Below, in pieces: positions 23,890 through 27,949 of a DNA stretch of 27,949 bases (position 1 is its first letter; every line of letters begins with the position of its first letter). Made by a program: the position numbers and the translations under genes. The stretch is from Archangiaceae bacterium (GTDB lineage Bacteria > Myxococcota > Myxococcia > Myxococcales > Myxococcaceae): assembly GCA_043750125.1 (NCBI GenBank), contig JAYVCD010000004.1, forward strand, positions 1-27,949, in the 5' to 3' direction. The notes under the pieces are model-generated. The model did no database searches, was not told the DNA's origin, and saw only the letters and a list, made by a program, of their open reading frames with translations.

Positions 23890-26418
23890 GTGCGACCTCT
23901 GCGCATCCTCCTCTGTTTCGTTGCAGTCTCGACGCTGGCGGGCTGTCAGTGCGGCGCGCCTGCGACCCACCCGAAGCTGAAGGAAAAGGGAGAGGTCTGC
24001 GACATCGACGACGAGTGTGTGACCGGGTTGTGCGCGAAGCTGCCCGATGGCGCCTCGAAGATCTGCCTCCAAAGGTGCATCGCCGGTTGCGGCGCCAATG
24101 AGATCTGCACCCCCCTCGAACCCAACAAGTTCGCCTGCGTCCCCGAGCGCGAGGGCCTTTGCAAGAGCTGCGCGACCAGCGCCGAATGCCCGTACCCGGC
24201 CGACATTTGCGTGGCCGTGGGGGGGACCCGATTCTGTGGCCGAGACTGCGGGTTCGACTCGAAGTGCCCGGCCGGCTACCGCTGTGAGCCCGGCTTCGAC
24301 CTGCAGGGAAACCAGGTGGGGGTGCAGTGCCAGCCGGTGAGCGGAACGTGCAATTGCACTCCATCGACGATTGGCCAGACGGTGCCTTGCGAGAAGGCGA
24401 ACAGCTTCGGAGTCTGCATGGGCCTGCAGACCTGCGAGCAGACGGGCTTTAGCAACTGCAACGTCCGCACGCCCTCGCAAGAGGTCTGCAACGGAATGGA
24501 CGACAACTGCGATGGGGTGACGGACGAGAAGCTCGGCCAGACGACCTGCGGGCTGGGCGAGTGCAAAAGAACCGTCGACAACTGCGTGGGCGGCGTCGCG
24601 GGGCAGTGCGTCGCCGGCGATGCGGGAATCGAAATCTGCAACGAGAAGGACGACAACTGCGATGGCACCGTCGACGAAGGCTTCAACAAGCAGACCTCGC
24701 TGACCAACTGCGGCCTGTGCGGCAATGTCTGCCTCGTCCCCAACGCGACGCCGGTCTGCCTCAACGGAGCCTGCGCAGTGATGGCGTGCATCGCTCCGTT
24801 CGCCGACTGCAACAACCTGGCGTCTGACGGGTGCGAGACGAACATTCAGACCAGCACTTCAAACTGTGGGGCCTGCAACGCCGCGTGCGGAGGCCTCAAC
24901 TCGGTCGGGACCTGCACCGCAGGGGTCTGCGTGCTGCAGTGTCTGCCGGGGTTCATCGATCTCGACAACAACCCGGCCAACGGCTGCGAGTACTCGTGCA
25001 CCGTCACTTCTACGACCGACGTTCCGGATCTCGCTTTCGTCGACGCGAATTGCGATGGGATCGACGGGGAGATCAACAACTCGATCTTCGTTTCAGCCAT
25101 CGGCAACGACGCCAACCCGGGCACCCGCACCCAGCCGAAGGCCACGATTCAGGCGGGCTTGAATGCCGCCGCAGCGCAGAGCAAGCGCGATGTGCTGGTT
25201 TCGATCGGCAACTACCCGACCCAGATTTCGATGCCCTCGAACGTCGGAGTCTTCGGCGCCTACGCGCCCGGAACGTGGACCCGCGCGACGGCCAACATCG
25301 TCAACGTGCTGAACGTCAATTCACCGTTGCTGATCGAAAACGTCGGCAACGTCACGGTGCAGTTGATGAACTTCCTCGGCACCACGCCTTCGGGCTCGTC
25401 GGCGACGGCCTACGGAGCGATGATCCGCCTCTCGACCAACGTCACCCTGGAAGCCCTGCAAATTCGCGCCGGAAACGGAACCGCCGGAGCCAATGGGGTC
25501 GTCGGCTCGGCAGGCGCGACGGGCGGCAACGGAAGTGTCGGCATCCCCGGCTGCGAAAACTCGAGCGGCTTCTGCTCGGGCTGTAGCCAGCCGCTGGGCG
25601 GACTGGGAGGCACCAGCAGCTGTGGCCGCACCGGAGGTCGGGGCGGTTCTGCCGGGCACGACTCGAGCTTCGGCAACCCCGGCAGCATCGGCGTCGGCGG
25701 CACCGCGGGTGGGTCCGGCGTCGCCAACGGGCTCGGCAACGTTTTCAACCTCGGTGCTCCGTACGTCGGGGGCCAGGCGAGCAACGGGGCGGCAGGACCC
25801 AGCGGCAGCTCGGGCGCGGGCATGGGCACCTTGAGCTCTTTTGGGTACGTCGTGTCCCTGGCCAGCGGCGGCTTCGCCGGACTCGACGGCAACGGGGGAG
25901 GCGGCGGCGGAGGAGGCGGCGGCGGCGTTGTGGACTGTGACAGCTACGGAGGTGGAGGTGGCGGCGGCGGAGCAGGGGGCTGCGGCGGAGGAGGCGGCTC
26001 GCGGGGCTTTTCAGGCGGAGGGTCGATCGGCGTCTTTCTCTACAGCTCGTCCGTCACGTCGATTGGGGTCCAGGTGCTGACGGGGAACGGGGGCGGGGGC
26101 GGCAATGGCGGAAGCGGAGGGCCTGCGGGCCCCGGTGGAAACGGCGGGGTGGCCTCCAATGGCTCGGGCAACGAATACAGCGGCTCGAGCAATCAGGACG
26201 ACGGCAGCAACGGCGCCAAGGGAGGCAAGGGCGGCAACGGGGGCGTCGGGGGTTCCGGAGGAGCCGGCGGTGGCGGCGCGGTCTTCGGAATCGTCCGTGC
26301 CGGCGGCTCGAGCTGGACGGCAGATGCGGCCACCACCTATGCGTTGGGAACTCCCGGAGTGGGCGGCAGCTCAGCCGCGGGCGCCGGCCAGGACGGGCTG
26401 TCTCAAGCCATCTACTAA
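23890..26418 (+). CDS. Large surface lipoprotein: Cys-rich and DDNCDG (MopE-related) repeats, DUF1565-like region, PGRS-like Gly-rich C-terminus
   Basis: AGGAG upstream of GTG 23890; lipobox [20 protein letters not shown] and [16 protein letters not shown]; NCGxCxxxC twice; [25 protein letters not shown]; GGxGG and poly-Gly tracts. Confidence 0.85.
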   Translation: MRPLRILLCFVAVSTLAGCQCGAPATHPKLKEKGEVCDIDDECVTGLCAKLPDGASKICLQRCIAGCGANEICTPLEPNKFACVPEREGLCKSCATSAECPYPADICVAVGGTRFCGRDCGFDSKCPAGYRCEPGFDLQGNQVGVQCQPVSGTCNCTPSTIGQTVPCEKANSFGVCMGLQTCEQTGFSNCNVRTPSQEVCNGMDDNCDGVTDEKLGQTTCGLGECKRTVDNCVGGVAGQCVAGDAGIEICNEKDDNCDGTVDEGFNKQTSLTNCGLCGNVCLVPNATPVCLNGACAVMACIAPFADCNNLASDGCETNIQTSTSNCGACNAACGGLNSVGTCTAGVCVLQCLPGFIDLDNNPANGCEYSCTVTSTTDVPDLAFVDANCDGIDGEINNSIFVSAIGNDANPGTRTQPKATIQAGLNAAAAQSKRDVLVSIGNYPTQISMPSNVGVFGAYAPGTWTRATANIVNVLNVNSPLLIENVGNVTVQLMNFLGTTPSGSSATAYGAMIRLSTNVTLEALQIRAGNGTAGANGVVGSAGATGGNGSVGIPGCENSSGFCSGCSQPLGGLGGTSSCGRTGGRGGSAGHDSSFGNPGSIGVGGTAGGSGVANGLGNVFNLGAPYVGGQASNGAAGPSGSSGAGMGTLSSFGYVVSLASGGFAGLDGNGGGGGGGGGGGVVDCDSYGGGGGGGGAGGCGGGGGSRGFSGGGSIGVFLYSSSVTSIGVQVLTGNGGGGGNGGSGGPAGPGGNGGVASNGSGNEYSGSSNQDDGSNGAKGGKGGNGGVGGSGGAGGGGAVFGIVRAGGSSWTADAATTYALGTPGVGGSSAAGAGQDGLSQAIY

Positions 26419-26426
26419 AGCGCCGC

Positions 26427-27949
26427 TTACTCGCCCGCTTCTTCGACGGTCAGCTGGTAGGAATCCTGGAAGTTTGCGTCGCGGCTCTTCGCGTCGCGCA
26501 CCTCGAAGATGTAGCGCCCCGGCTCGGCGGTGAAGCGCACCGTCTCGGGCTTGTCGCCCTTCGCTCCGTCGGACGTCTGCACGAGCGTCAACTTTCCGTC
26601 TTCTTCGACCCGGTGAACGTACAGCCCGATGTCGACTTTCAATATCCCCGTCACCGTCGCGCGCAGCGGGGTCTTCACCGGCCGGGCCGAGAGATCGACC
26701 AGGAAGTAATCGACATCTTTCTTCGGGAAGATGGTGCCCCGAATGGGCAAACCCAGCTTCACCGGCATCGCGGTCTCGAGCGTCCCGTTCGGCTCGCGCT
26801 CTTCGGACCCGTCGTCGGCGGTGACGACCGCTGAGATCCGGTAGGACATCTCGCCGTTCTCGTCGTCCTTGATCCACTTCCCGTCGACCTTTCGCGGCGC
26901 CGCTTCGACTCGGAAGTAGCAGACCTTGTCGCACGCCACGTTGTTGAGCATCTCGGGCTCTTTCACCTGGCCGTCATTGGCTTTGATCACCACCTCGTCG
27001 CCTTTCTCGCCGGGCTTCATCGCCGAGAGGACGAGATCGATCTTCTCCACTCCGGTGACGGTCACTTTCGCGAGCGACGGGCCACTGGTTTCGAGCCGGT
27101 AGCAGTCGAGGTCGCCCTTGGAAGAGAGGAAGCCTTCCCGGTAATTGTCGGCGGTCATCGGGGTCGCGTGGCTCAAGTCATCGTTGGGCTCGAACTCGGA
27201 ATTGGCTCCCGCTTCTTCCTGGGCGACGCTGAGCGTGTAGTAGGTGCCTGCGTTGAAGCCGCGCCGGGCTTCTTTTCCGACCCCTTGCCAGGCGCTTTTG
27301 ATCACCACGTAGATCACCCGATCTGTTTCCCGAACGCCGACGTTGCGCAGGCTCAGGCCCGCTCCGTCCTTCGACTTCGCCGAGAACAGCACCGCCTCGG
27401 CCTCGGTCATGACCTGGACATCGAAGGACACGCCCTCGACCGCAGAGACCTCGATCCGCAACGCGAGCCGCGCCGCTTCCTTTGCCAGCCCGGCATCGGG
27501 TTCACCTCCGCCCCCGTCCGCCCCTCCTGCGTCCGGGCCTTCCTCTACCGCCGCGCCCGTGGAAGGCAGCTCGAACCGGTACCAGTCCGAATCGTTGGGG
27601 TGAGCGACGAAGCCCGAGATCCCCGCGCCCAAAGGCACGGCGGTCGCGTCGACCCGCCGATCATTGGGCTCGAGCTCGAAGCCCGGCTGACGTTCTTTGA
27701 AGACCGCCGTCAGCGTGTATGCGCCGCCCGCGCCCTTCTTCACGCCCATGACCCGAACGAAGGCTTTGCCCGAGACATCGAGGTTGGGAAGCCGTTCGGG
27801 GCGCCCGATTCCTTCCGCGTTGATCACCGCCAGCGAGGTCCGCGTTTCGTCCATGACTTCCAGCGCGATGTCCGCACCGGGCGGGCAGCTGACGCTGAGC
27901 TCGACGGTGCGGGGCAGGGCGGACTTGAGCACGTACCAATCTTCGTCCG
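26427..27949 (-). CDS. Protein with tandem PPC-like beta-sandwich domains (ExEPN[DG] ... DxDxY repeats); 5' end lies outside the window
   Basis: ELEPND...DSDWY, EFEPND...DLDCY, EREPNG...DVDYF; the frame stays open to the window edge (DEDWYVLKS), so the track start at 27932 is internal. Confidence 0.85.
   Translation of the reverse strand, partial: DEDWYVLKSALPRTVELSVSCPPGADIALEVMDETRTSLAVINAEGIGRPERLPNLDVSGKAFVRVMGVKKGAGGAYTLTAVFKERQPGFELEPNDRRVDATAVPLGAGISGFVAHPNDSDWYRFELPSTGAAVEEGPDAGGADGGGGEPDAGLAKEAARLALRIEVSAVEGVSFDVQVMTEAEAVLFSAKSKDGAGLSLRNVGVRETDRVIYVVIKSAWQGVGKEARRGFNAGTYYTLSVAQEEAGANSEFEPNDDLSHATPMTADNYREGFLSSKGDLDCYRLETSGPSLAKVTVTGVEKIDLVLSAMKPGEKGDEVVIKANDGQVKEPEMLNNVACDKVCYFRVEAAPRKVDGKWIKDDENGEMSYRISAVVTADDGSEEREPNGTLETAMPVKLGLPIRGTIFPKKDVDYFLVDLSARPVKTPLRATVTGILKVDIGLYVHRVEEDGKLTLVQTSDGAKGDKPETVRFTAEPGRYIFEVRDAKSRDANFQDSYQLTVEEAGE

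Noticed and set aside
23815..24480. Apparent N-terminal extension of NadA (527-aa track ORF)
   Set aside because: Antisense of the lipoprotein gene; NadA homology starts at MDFEQEI (23814).
1..27949. CRISPR array, tRNA/rRNA, IS, prophage or anti-phage defence genes
   Set aside because: No spaced direct repeats, RNA-gene signatures, transposase, integrase or nuclease motifs were seen by eye; intergenic gaps are short and repeats exist only at the protein level.

Overview
GC-rich chromosomal segment from a myxobacterium (Myxococcota). The taxonomic call rests on the Lon protease at the left edge, whose N-terminus (MSDEKKKG...PPGLINKDDIPQVLPILPLRNSVFFPGG) is, from memory, close to Myxococcus xanthus LonD/BsgA, and on the myxobacteria-style Cys-rich lipoproteins and Pkn-type kinase. 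The window has about 25 tightly packed genes. Housekeeping and metabolic genes are lonD, alr, nadA, a GDPD, a HAD-IB hydrolase, an AlkP-superfamily metalloenzyme, an MDR dehydrogenase and a SAM methyltransferase. An acyl-CoA/beta-oxidation cluster (PcaF/PaaJ-type thiolase, two enoyl-CoA hydratases, 3-hydroxyacyl-CoA dehydrogenase) has a Cys-rich lipoprotein gene in its middle. There are also two probably exported metallopeptidases (TldD type and gluzincin type), a membrane Ser/Thr kinase, a GT-C-like membrane protein and several exported Cys/Gly-rich proteins. I saw no rRNA, tRNA, CRISPR array, transposase, integrase or phage gene, and I cannot support a clear-cut new multi-gene system. The best leads are: (1) a hydratase with both a 1-nt frameshift and a ~49-codon deletion; (2) a small secreted metallothionein-like protein; (3) a strong D-[AG]-G motif bias in exported proteins; (4) a standalone Zn-ribbon plus UvrD/PcrA-type Tudor protein; (5) a hairpin in the lonD divergent promoter region. 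All calls come from reading motifs; no database searches were run.
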